DNA of 64,000 nucleotides from an uncultured Bacteroidales bacterium (GTDB lineage Bacteria; Bacteroidota; Bacteroidia; Bacteroidales; VadinHA17): NCBI GenBank assembly GCA_963843635.1, contig CAWJLF010000012.1, positions 33,829 to 97,828 of the forward strand, read 5' to 3'. Shown piece by piece: positions 54,362 to 64,000 of this stretch (position 1 is its first letter; each line of letters starts with the position of its first letter). The notes under the pieces were generated by a model. It saw only the letters and a program-made list of their open reading frames with translations, ran no database searches and was not told where the DNA came from. The position numbers and the translations under genes were made by a program.

Positions 54362-55834
54362 ATGACAAATTCAATTATTTATTACGTTTTGGAAAGCACA
54401 GTCTGCTTATTACTCTTTTTAATGGTATACAGATTACTGATTGCTAACCTTACTCATTTCTCGTGGATGAGAGTCTATTTATTGATTACTGTAACACTAA
54501 GTTTAATTCTTCCCCTTATAATTATCCCTATTCATTGGAGATCATCAATTCTCCCTTCTAACCTTTTTAATAATTACCACTTACTCTCAGGCAATCAGCC
54601 GGTCGGATATTCTGGTGCTCAATCCTTAAATAATAAGGGTATAGATAGACAGCAAGGATTAATTATCCTGGTTATGGTATTATATATAATCGGGTTACTT
54701 TATAACGCCTACAATTTCGCCAGGAATCTCCGAAGTATACAAAAATGCATAAAACAAAATCCAAAAGTAAGGGATGGTGGATTTTGGTTCGTTGATCTGA
54801 ATGAAAAAGTGCCACCGTTCTCATTCTTCAATTATATTTTCATTAGCCAGTTCTTACCAAAAGTTTGTCAGCAGATGAATTACAAAGGATTAAAGATCAT
54901 GAGAAAATCCATGCCAGGCAATTCCATTCATTGGATGTTTTATTTATTGAGTTTATTTTAATATATTTTTTGGTTCAATCCATTATTGATCTATCTAAAA
55001 AAATCAATTCAGGAGATACACGAGTACATTGTGGATGAAAAGATTGCTGAAAAAGGTAAAAGGAAAAAGGATTATGCTGAGCTTCTTCTGAAACTGGCTT
55101 CAGAAGTCAAAGGATTTAATCTTTCAGCAGGTTTCTCCGGAAACCAGATCAAGCGCAGAATAGTAATGATAACCAGGCCAAGATCCCTTCCGGGGCATAA
55201 GCTTATGTTTGCATTACTCATACCTGTTACAGTACTTATAATGCTTTCCTTTTCTTATATAAAAAATCCGGATCCCCTGACTGCTCAAACAAAACAAAAC
55301 GAAAATGTCAATCAAAGCCAGTTAAAAATCGGAAAGATTATCTGGAAAGGAAATACTGTTTATGATATTAAGACTTTAAATCAAGCCTTTGGACTGAAGG
55401 AAGGTTCCGTATATAATAAATCCCTTATTGAAGACAGGCTCAACGGAACATCGGGCGCACAGGATGCTGTGATGCAATCTCTATCAGGATAATGGATATT
55501 TATTTACCAGGATAAGCGTAGAACGAAAATCAAAATAATGAGGCCGTAGATCTGATAATAACAATTAATGAAGGGAAACAAGCTAAAATTTAATGATGTT
55601 ATTGTTAAAATTAATGGTGTAGTTACAAAAGATCCGGTCAATGAAATTGGGATTCACACAGGAGAATTATTTAGTAAAGCAAAAATTATATCATCAATTA
55701 AAGCACTCGCTAGCTTCGGGTAAGTATGATCCGGAAAAGATAAATCCTAAGCCAATTCCGCACATGTAACCAATGATGAATTTGACAATGTAGACTTGAT
55801 ATTTGAACTTACAAAAATCAGCAACAAAAAATAA
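54362..55834 (+). pseudogene. BlaR1-like M56 family membrane metallopeptidase/sensor with a POTRA-like C-terminal region, multiply frameshifted
   Basis: N-terminal MTNSIIYYVLESTVCLLLFLMVYRLL (M56-typical). ...FWFNPLLIYLKKSIQEIHEYIVDEK is the post-HExxH block; the HExxH segment itself is out of frame at ~54900-54960. The C-terminal IGKIIWKGNTVYDIKTLNQAFGLKEGSVYN ... VDLIITINEGKQAKI ... is POTRA-like and readable to 55834 only by switching frames. Confidence 0.7.
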
Positions 55835-55835
55835 T

Positions 55836-56199
55836 ATGGAAGAATTAACAAAAGCAGAAGAGAAAATAATGATGATATTCTGGAAGTTGAAAAAAGCATT
55901 TGTAAAAGATGTTCTGGCAGAGCTTCCGGATGAGCCGAAGCCTCCATACAATACAATATCATCAGTAACCAGAATACTTGCCGGTAAGGGATATCTTAAG
56001 TTTAAAGCATATGGAAAAACATATGAGTATTATCCGGCAGTAAGTCAAGCTCAATATCGAAAATTAAAAGTCAAAAAAATGCTATCACGGTCATTTTGCT
56101 AATTCACCTGCATCACTTCTTTCTTTTATAATTAAAGAAGAAAAATTGAGCAAAGAGGAAATTAATAAACTCAAGGAGATTATTAACGAAATTGATTGA
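55836..56199 (+). pseudogene. BlaI/MecI/CopY-family winged-helix repressor, one frameshift near an A7 run (~56078)
   Basis: MEELTKAEEKIMMIFWKLKKAFVKDVLAELPDEPKPPYNTISSVTRILAGKGYLKFKAYGKTYEYYP. The C-terminal ...NSPASLLSFIIKEEKLSKEEINKLKEIINEID continues in another frame to TGA 56199. Confidence 0.75.
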
Positions 56200-56595
56200 T
56201 ATAAAACTTGATATGATAATAATACAACCCTGACAGGTTCCTATAGTGGAGACAAAAAAAACTGTAACCCTACCTGGACTTTAATAAGATACTGACCTTA
56301 ACAGGGACATAAAAGATTATAAATCGGGTAACCGGGTACCGGGTTATGGTCCTCTTATTTGTGGAGCCGTCTTATAGCGCTTCGCGATGTCATTAGGCTC
56401 TTCGACCTTCATTCATTGTCACTGACTGGACGACTATTGAATTACCCGTACCCCGTACCCAGCACCTGTACTCTACTGTCTCATTCTGTTACACTTTTTT
56501 TCATAATGCCTGATTGTAAATACCAGTAAATTAGCATGTTGTGTTTATGGCATGACTATTGTCTGATAGATGCCGCACACAAAAGGAAGCTATCT

Positions 56596-57847
56596 ATGGA
56601 TAAACCTGTATCAAAAGAGCATAAAAGGAAAATATTGTTAAAAAGGGCAGGTACGATCTCTCTTGTAATTATCATACCCCTGGTTATATTACTATTTCTT
56701 AAAATCGGCTTTCAACCAGAATGTGAACCTGTCAAAAGTCACTACCGGGCTTGTTGATAAAGGGAATATACAAATCACTGTCCAGGGATCAGGGATAGTA
56801 ATACCTGCTTATGAAGAGGTGATCATAGCACCCTTCAGGAGTAATGTGATTAAGATTGTCAGGAATCCGGGATCAAAGGTTTCAGCCGGTGATACGCTAC
56901 TGGTGCTGAATAATAAATTAGCTGAAAATGAACTTGATATGCTGAAAAATGAACTCGATCTCCAGAAGATCAGGAAGGAAAAACTGGGGATAGACTTGCA
57001 GCAGTTAAAGGAGGATTTTGAATTCAGCCGGAAGATAAAGGAAATACAAGGTGGAAAATGCCAGGCTTGACTTATGAAGCTGAAGCCACTCTGAACAAAA
57101 TGGGAGGGAGTCCGGCATATAATGTTAAAAAGGCTAAGACAGAATGGGAGATATCTCAGCTGGAATCGGATCAGGCGAAATATAATTTCAACAACGAGGT
57201 GAATGCAAAGAAAAATGGGATCCAGGAACTTGAGACTGAGATCAGCATTTTGAACAATAAGATAGTAAAAGCAAAGGACCTGGTTGACCAGGCCTATGTA
57301 AAAGCTCCCTTTAATGGCGACCTGAGCTGGATCGTTGATCAGCCAGGCGCAACTATTTCTGAAGGCCAGGAGGTTGCCCGGGTGGCTGATTTTTCCAGTT
57401 ATAAACTGAAGGGTACGATTAGCAATGCCTGGGCGGGCAGGATCATAACAGGTCAGAAGGTACTGATCCGCGACCAGGGAAGAAGCCTACAGGCACAATT
57501 GAAAATATTATGCCGGCAGTGAGCCAGGGAATGATGGAGTGTCAGATAAGAATAAATGACTGGTGATATATCAACTCTGCGTCCCGACCAGCAACTGGAG
57601 ATAAGAGTTGTGATATCATATAAGGATAATGTGCTACGGATTCCTAATGGTGCTTATTATAAATCGACGTGGATATAAGAAGATGTTTGTAATAAGAGGG
57701 AATAAGGCTTACCGGACAGAGGTTCTCCTGGGAGATGCAAATTTCGATTATGTTGAGGTGCTTGAAGGATTAAAGGAAGGGGATAAGGTTATACTTACCG
57801 ATATAGATGAGAAATATACAAGGGATGAGATCAGGGTAAGGCAATAA
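56596..57847 (+). pseudogene. HlyD/MacA-family periplasmic adaptor, split into at least 4 fragments
   Basis: Membrane anchor RAGTISLVIIIPLVILLFL. Lipoyl-like SGIVIPAYEEVIIAPFRSNVIKI...GSKVSAGDTLLVL. Coiled coil. Then AYVKAPFNGDLSWIV..GATISEGQEVARVAD and the C-terminal VIRGNKAYRTEVLLGDANFDYVEVLEGLKEGDKVI. Confidence 0.75.
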
Positions 57848-57935
57848 AAGTAGCAGAGCATGAGGAGGGAGAATGCACAGAGTGGGAGTAGGGAACCTAT
57901 GAATGTAAAAAGAAACAATTATTATTATAAATAAT

Positions 57936-58618
57936 ATGATAAAACTTGAGAAAATCAGCAAAACCTACAGAACAAACGAGGTTGAGACACTTGCCCTGGA
58001 CAATATAAACATAGATGTCAGGGAAGGTGAGTTTGTTTCTGTTATGGGCCCTTCCGGGTGCGGGAAGAGCACCCTTTTAAATATTATCGGGCTTCTTGAT
58101 GAGCCGGATAACGGAAATATTCGGCTTGACAACCAGGAGATCATTACCTATGAGGATAAGAAGACAGCAAGGATGAGAAACAGGCTTGTTGGATTCATCT
58201 TTCAGAGTTTCCACCTCATTAAGGAACTGAATGTCTATGATAATGTGGAGCTCCCACTGATATACAGGAAAATGCCGGCCTGGCGGAACGCAGGAAGAGA
58301 AGTCACGGAATCACTTGAAAAGGTTGGCCTGATGAACAGGATGAGTCACTATCCTTCCCAGCTTTCCGGTGGTCAGTGTCAGCGTGCAGCGATTGCAAGG
58401 GCAATAGCAGGAAATCCCAGGATCATCCTGGCCGATGAGCCGACAGGTAATCTCGATAGTGTGATCGGACATGAGGTAATGGAGATGCTGGATAAGCTCA
58501 ATAAAGAGGTACAACAATAGTAATGGTGACACACGATGAGCTGCTGGCAAAAATGACAAACCGGATAGTCAGGTTATTCGATGGCAGACTTGTGGAGCTG
58601 AAAAAATTTTACCTATAA
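57936..58618 (+). pseudogene. ABC transporter ATP-binding protein (MacB/LolD type), frameshift near the 3' end (~58515)
   Basis: Walker A GPSGCGKST, Q-loop, signature LSGGQCQR, Walker B ILADEPTGNLD. After ...LDKLNKE the H-loop segment GTTIVMVTHDE is in another frame; restoring it needs one extra G in GAGGTACA. Confidence 0.85.
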
Positions 58619-58630
58619 ATTATCACTAAA

Positions 58631-59901
58631 ATGTTAAAAAACTATTTTAAAATATTTCTGAAGATTGCGTCACAAAACAAGCTTTTCACTTTTCTGAGTC
58701 TTTTCGGTATCAGTCTGACAATAATGTTTGTGATGATCTTCAGTATGACAATATCCAAGATCACTTCCGGATCAGGTCCGGAATCGGATCTGAAGAAGAT
58801 GATTTTTTCTGACAGGGTAAAGACAGAACAACCTGCAGGTATTCCTGGCAGGATTATAATATGTCCAGTTGCGGAAGAACACTCTGTGAGGATCATCTTA
58901 AGAATGTTAAAAGTGCAGAGATTACATCAATGTACAACCATATGAATGGGAATTTATTTTTAACGGCAAGCACCAGCTTAAAATGATGTCGCAGCACCGA
59001 TGCGGAGTTCTGGGATGTATTTAACTATAAATTTCTTGAGGGCAGACCATATACAAGGGAGGATGTTGAGAAGAAAGCAAACCTTGCTGTCATAACAAAA
59101 TCCCTGAAGAAGCTTCTTTTTGGTGAAGGAAAAATGTTCTTGGAAAAACAGTCCGGTTCACTTCACTGGATCTGGTTGTCTGCGGCGTTGTTGAGGATCC
59201 TCCTCCCACTGACCAGAATGCGTACAGGTGACCTTTATTTCCCATATACTCTTCTGAGTGACCATGAAGGTCTGATATATTTACCGGAGGATTCACAATT
59301 GCATTTAAAGCCTCGTTCAAGAAAAGATTTCGGTGCCATCAGTAACGAAGTACAGGAAATGATTGCAAGGCTGGATGCTGCTGATACGAGCACATACAGT
59401 ATTCTTATCAGGTCCATATACACCAGCTTGAAAAAATGATGGTTGGTTACGGCGATCCTGAAGAGTTCTCATTAGGCTACAATATCATTAAATATTTCTT
59501 AATAGCTCTTGCTTTTATTCTTCTTCCTGCAATAAACCTGATGGCGCTTAATTTTGCCAGGATACATGAACGTGGTGAAGAGATTGCAGTCAGAAAATCT
59601 TTTGGAGCTCCCAGTTCGGTCCTGAGAGGACAGTTTCTATTTGAGAATATTCTGATGACACTTACAGGAGGAGTGATTAGGTATCATCCTTTCATATCTT
59701 GTTGTTGCCTTACTTGGTAATTCAATTTCACTTCGCGTAAGTTTCTGGAATAATGTGCCATTGACCTTTTCATTCAATATAGTCGTCTTTGCAGCTGCCC
59801 TGATTGCCTGTCTTCTTTTCGGGCTTTTGTCGGGTTATCTGCCTGCAATAAGGCTGGCAAGGATGAAACCTGCTGTTTATCTGAAAGGAGGTGAAGCATG
59901 A
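58631..59901 (+). pseudogene. FtsX-family ABC permease (first of two), multiply frameshifted
   Basis: MLKNYFKIFLKIASQNKLFTFLSLFGISLTIMF. The later FtsX block RIHERGEEIAVRKSFGAPSSVLRGQFLFENILMTLTGG and the tail ...YLPAIRLARMKPAVYLKGGEA* are reachable only by frame changes. Confidence 0.7.
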
Positions 59902-61086
59902 TACGGATATTCTTTAAAACAATATGGAATAACCGGAGACGTAATATCCTGGTATTTATTGAGTTGTTTATGATCTCACTGGTCTTATTCAATCTGACGC
60001 TTTATCTTGTAAACCTTGTTACGATCATTCAGGATTAAAAACTGTTACAATACAGATAATGTTGTACTGATAGATATATATAAAAAAGAGAATGAGGATG
60101 AGAGTTAACCGAGCTGGCATTTCTGAATCTCAAAAAAAAAATTGAGTCAAATCCTTTTGTTGAATCAGTATCAATCAGCTCAACGGCACTTCCATACAAT
60201 TATAATCTTATTCCACCGATTTTACAAGCGGGGATGAGCATTTAAACCTGGCAATGAGGCAGGTGGATATCGATTACGCAGAGTTATGAAGATAAGTCCC
60301 CTTCAAAGGCAGATGGTTTAATGAAACAGATTGTGGAAAGGCGGTTTTGCCGATTATTATATCAAAAGGGATGGATGAAAAATATTTCGGAGGAAATTCA
60401 ATTGGTAAGATACTGGAACAGGGATAAAAAAAAGTACTGAGGTGATAGGTGTAACTGATGAATTTAAAAGAAGTGATATTGAAAAACCCTATGAATTGTG
60501 GTTTATGTTCATTGAAAAATTACAGCCGGAATCATACTGGACAACGTCATTCCTTGTTAGAACAAAGGAAGGGAAAGACAGGTGATATGCTTGGTATTGC
60601 TGAGAGGCAGGTTTATTCTACACTAAACCCGGATAACTGGACAATAAGCAGTCTCAATTCACTTGATAATATGCGGGCACGTCAGAATGAAGATAGTTCA
60701 CAGCGAAATTACCTTAGTATTATTATTGCCCTTTTTATAATGATAAATATATTTCTCGGCACAATAGGTATTCTCTGGTATAATACAAACCTCAGGATAC
60801 ATGAGATAGGGATAAAGAGGGCTCTGGGGTCGACAGGTGCAGGTATTAAAAGGCAACTGATAGCTGAAAATATGTTTCTGGCCGGACTGGCTCTGTCAAT
60901 TGTCATACTTATAATTCTCCAGGTACCAACTTTTGTGCCCGGTGGTAAACTTGAACCCTTTGTATTTGCTAAATCAGTATGGATAGCCATTGTGACAATG
61001 ATAGTTCCTCGTACTGGTGAGTACATGGATACCGGCTGCCATTGCTTCAAAAATACGAGCCGGCAACTGCACTTAAGACAGAATAG
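59898..61086 (+). pseudogene. FtsX-family ABC permease (second), multiply frameshifted
   Basis: ATGA overlap with the previous gene. MIRIFFKTIWNNRRRNILVFIELFMISLVLFNL. FtsX block LRIHEIGIKRALGSTGAGIKRQLIAENMFLAGLALSIV. The family-typical tail ...ASKIR.PATALKTE* is readable to 61086 after a shift. Confidence 0.7.
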
Positions 61087-61104
61087 TTTAGTAATTTCGT
61101 CAGG

Positions 61105-62491
61105 ATGAATAGTTCATAAACGGATACTGGTCTGTGACGATGATGATGCTGTAAGAAGTTCGCTCGATTTTTTGCTTGTAAAAGCAGGATACAAGCCGGT
61201 TGCGTTTCAGATCCGGCGATATTTTGAGAAAGATAAGGGAGCTTGGACTTTTCGCCTTGTTTTACTCGATATGAATTTTTCCCTAAGCATCAACGGTGAA
61301 GAGGGGATTGAACTACTACGGAAAATAAAGATCCTGAAGCCTGAGATGCCGGTAATACTGATAACTGCCTGGGGCTCTGTTGAGCTGGCTGTGAAAGGGA
61401 TGAAACTGGGAGCATCCGATTTTGTAACAAAGCCATGGAACAATATTCCAGCTACTTAAGATGATCGAGACATCTATCTCACTGTCCACAGGCGGAGCAG
61501 CGGACATATGATAAAGATCCAGGATATCACCCAGAAGAACTGCTGCATTTCAGGGAATAATGGGAAGTGATCCAGGACTACTTGAGATCCTGGAGGTGAT
61601 CAGAAGGGTAGCACCAACACATGCCCCGGTCTTATCACTGGTGAGAGTGGGACCGGCAAGGAACTGATTGCCTCAGCAATACATCAATACAGCTCCAAGG
61701 AGGGGAAACCATTTATTAAAGTTAACCTTGGAGGGATCCCTGCCAGCCTGTTCGAATCAGAGATGTTTGGTTACAGGAAAGGAGCTTTTACCGATGCTAA
61801 AGGCGATCATACCGGAAGGTTTGAGAAAGCTGATAAAGGAACAATCTTCCTTGATGAGATAGGTGATCTCACCCATGCCTCACAGGTTAAGCTGCTGCGT
61901 GTCCTGCAGGATCAGACCTTTGAGAAGCTGGGTGATTCGAAAGCATGACAGTTGATGTTCGGATATTATCTGCAACAAACCATGACCTTCATTCACTTGT
62001 TGAAAGGGGAGCATTCCGAGAAGACCTCTTATACCGTATCAACCTCATCCATATCGAAGTACCGCCTCTCAGGAAAAGGAGAGATGATATATCATCACTG
62101 GCAGTCCTATTTTGCTGGTAATGCAGTTAAGACATACTCCCTTGGAAGTAAAGACAATATTCAAGGAAGGTAAGAGTGGCTTATGACCAGGAGTGGCCGG
62201 GCAATGTCAGGGAACTTAAGAATGTCATTGAAAGGACAGTTCTACTAACAAAGAGCTGACAGATGAAGGCAAATGATTTTATGACTGCAGCAGCGTAGCG
62301 GCCGTAACCGGGGATATAAAAATCAACACCCTAGGAACCCTTGATGAGATGGAGAGATCCATGATACTTAAGACTTATAGAAGAGACGTGGAGGAAACCT
62401 CTCAAAAACAGCTGAAAAACTGGGTATCAGCAGGGCAACCCTGTACAGAAAAATGGATAAATACGGAATCCAACCTGAAATTGATGAGTAA
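61105..62491 (+). pseudogene. Sigma-54-dependent response regulator (paralog of 9257..10621), multiply frameshifted and interrupted
   Basis: Receiver ILVCDDDDAVRSS...VLLDMNF...VILITAWGSVELAVKGMKLGASDFVTKPW. AAA+ ...[11 protein letters not shown]..., [33 protein letters not shown] ...AAEKLGISRATLYRKMDKYGI, all in different frames. Confidence 0.75.
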
Positions 62492-63784
62492 AAACTGGAC
62501 AATAGTCTGGCTTAACACTAGTATTTCCCTCTTCCTGGCCTGGCAATTTATACTTTTCATAAAGACAATCCCTTTTTACTGATCGGCTCGGAGATAGGGA
62601 TTCCTGTTTATATGTGATGACTGTCTCTATATTTCTCAGTTCGCTTAAACCCATAAGCTCAATAGGAAGTAATCTGAGCCTTTTAAAGGAAGGGGACTTC
62701 AGTATTACAATGGTGAAGACAAAGAACAGGGAGGTTAATGATGTTATTGAGGTATATAATTCAATGATAAATCGCCTCAGGGAGGAAAGGTTATCAGTAA
62801 GGGAAAAAAACCAGTTTCTTGATCTGTTGATAGAATCCTCTCCTATGGGCATAATTATTACAGACCTTGATGACAGGATAACAGATATCAACAAGAGTGG
62901 GTTGAGGTATCTCGATATTAAACCAGGAAATTTTAAGGGTAAATATCTGGATGATCTTAACAGTAATCTTGTAGCTGGTTTAAAAGAAGATAAGCTATGA
63001 TGAGAAACAGCTTATTGTTCTTCCCGGCGGACAAAAATACCTGTGCAGGAAACTATATTTTATGGATAGAGGCTTTAAGCACCCATTTTATCTGATTGAA
63101 GAATTCACAGAAGAGATCAGGAAAGCAGAGAAGGTGGCTTATGGTAAATTGATCAGGATGATGGCTCATGAGGTGAACAATACAATTGGATCAGTAAACT
63201 CGATAATGGCAACTTTGCAGTCCGGAACCAGGGTCTCCGACGATACGGAGAGCGAAGATATGGTAAGGATGCTGGGGGTTGCAATACAGCGCAATTATCA
63301 ACTTAACAGGTTTATGCAGAATTTTTCAAATGTCGTAAAACTGCCCCCACCCGAAAAGGAACCAATGGATCTGAACAATTCATTGATGGTTGTTATTGAG
63401 TCATTTGGCACAATCCTCAAAGAGAGGGAAATCATTCTGACAGCCAGCATTCCTTTATCAACGCAGTCAATATCCGCTGACAGGAGTCAGATGGAACAGG
63501 TGTTCACAAATATTATTAAGAACTCTATCGAAGCAATAAAGGGAAGTGGAAATATTACGGTCACGGTCAAAACAAGCCCGGTAAGCATCTCATTTGAAGA
63601 TGATGGCGTTGGATTATCAAAAGAGGTTAATGAGAAGATATTTACACCATTCTATTCAGCCAAACCGGGAGGACAGGGGATTGGCCTGACACTTGTCCAG
63701 GAGATACTCACCAATCATGGATTCACCTATAGCCTGAGAAACAAACCTGGTGGAGGAGCTGCATTTGTTATCGTTTGCCGGTAA
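62484..63784 (+). pseudogene. Sensor histidine kinase (paralog of 10634..11998); 5' half frameshifted, last 240 codons intact
   Basis: MSKNWTIVWLNTSISLFLAWQFILF (TM), a HAMP-like LLKEGDFSITMVKTKNREVNDVIEVYNSMINRL, H-box MAHEVNNTIGSV, N-box FTNIIKNSIEA, and G-boxes FEDDGVGL and GGQGIGLTLVQEIL. Confidence 0.75.
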
Positions 63785-64000
63785 TTGCAGTAAGAAGACT
63801 CTGATTTTAAAACCTTACAGCTATTTATTTCCACTCATTTGCGCAAAAAAATACCCGCTGACAATTGCCTGAATTTATTCTTCTCATTTTTGTGTACCTT
63901 TACATGGTGCAAAATTTACTGCAAACAAAAATCTCCTGAAAATAAAGATTATTATTCAGCTTATTTTAAATTCGCTTTAATGATGAAAAAGACACTGCGA

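Noticed and set aside
29657-63784. Uniform sequencing error (for example long-read homopolymer indels) as the sole cause of all frameshifts.
   Set aside because: Not fully rejected. Several shifts do sit at short runs (GG, A5, A7). However, lesions are strongly clustered in some genes while more than 20 kb of long ORFs is clean, and at least one relic (GH13) has a substitution-type stop plus large deletions. Read-level data are needed.
63981-64000. ATGATGAAAAAGACACTGCGA… at the window edge (MMKKTLR), a likely start of a secreted-protein gene.
   Set aside because: Only 7 codons are visible, so it cannot be supported as a feature.

Overview
Bacteroidota-like chromosomal segment: FtsX/MacB permeases, a CzcCBA-type efflux operon, a BlaR1/BlaI pair, many lipoprotein and outer-membrane (OM) genes, and TAnnTTTG-type -7 boxes. 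No rRNA, tRNA or CRISPR array was seen. 1-4.1 kb is the visibly AT-rich inner end of an integrative island. It holds a 5'-truncated UBC/E2-like protein with a SEC-C motif, an AbiEi-like/Fic fusion preceded by four phased 24-bp repeats, and a tyrosine integrase. A 13-nt motif occurs three times here, followed by an 82-bp tandem repeat. 4.7-19.7 kb holds core and regulatory genes: fbaB, gpmA, an FtsX permease divergent from a sigma-54 response regulator plus histidine kinase, a GH13 relic, a FabK-like oxidoreductase, and an RND heavy-metal efflux operon. 20.0-29.7 kb is a compact operon of an orphan OM beta-barrel, a 1,966-aa secreted giant protein and a six-module FN3 protein. I can recognise no export or sorting signature in it, and it is my top candidate for an undescribed envelope system. 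29.7-38.6 kb is a belt of four consecutive multiply frameshifted genes. 38.9-50.9 kb holds intact miscellaneous genes plus one decayed OM receptor. 51.0-53.2 kb encodes a TIR-TM-periplasmic TPR protein with an inverted Toll-like-receptor layout, followed by a 10 x 11-bp tandem repeat. 54.4-63.8 kb holds a decayed BlaR1/BlaI pair and a decayed HlyD-ABC-FtsX-FtsX-RR-HK locus paralogous to the intact module at 6.4-12 kb. About 16 of ~42 genes are disrupted and the lesions are strongly clustered. All calls rest on reading the translations and recalling family motifs; no database search was run.
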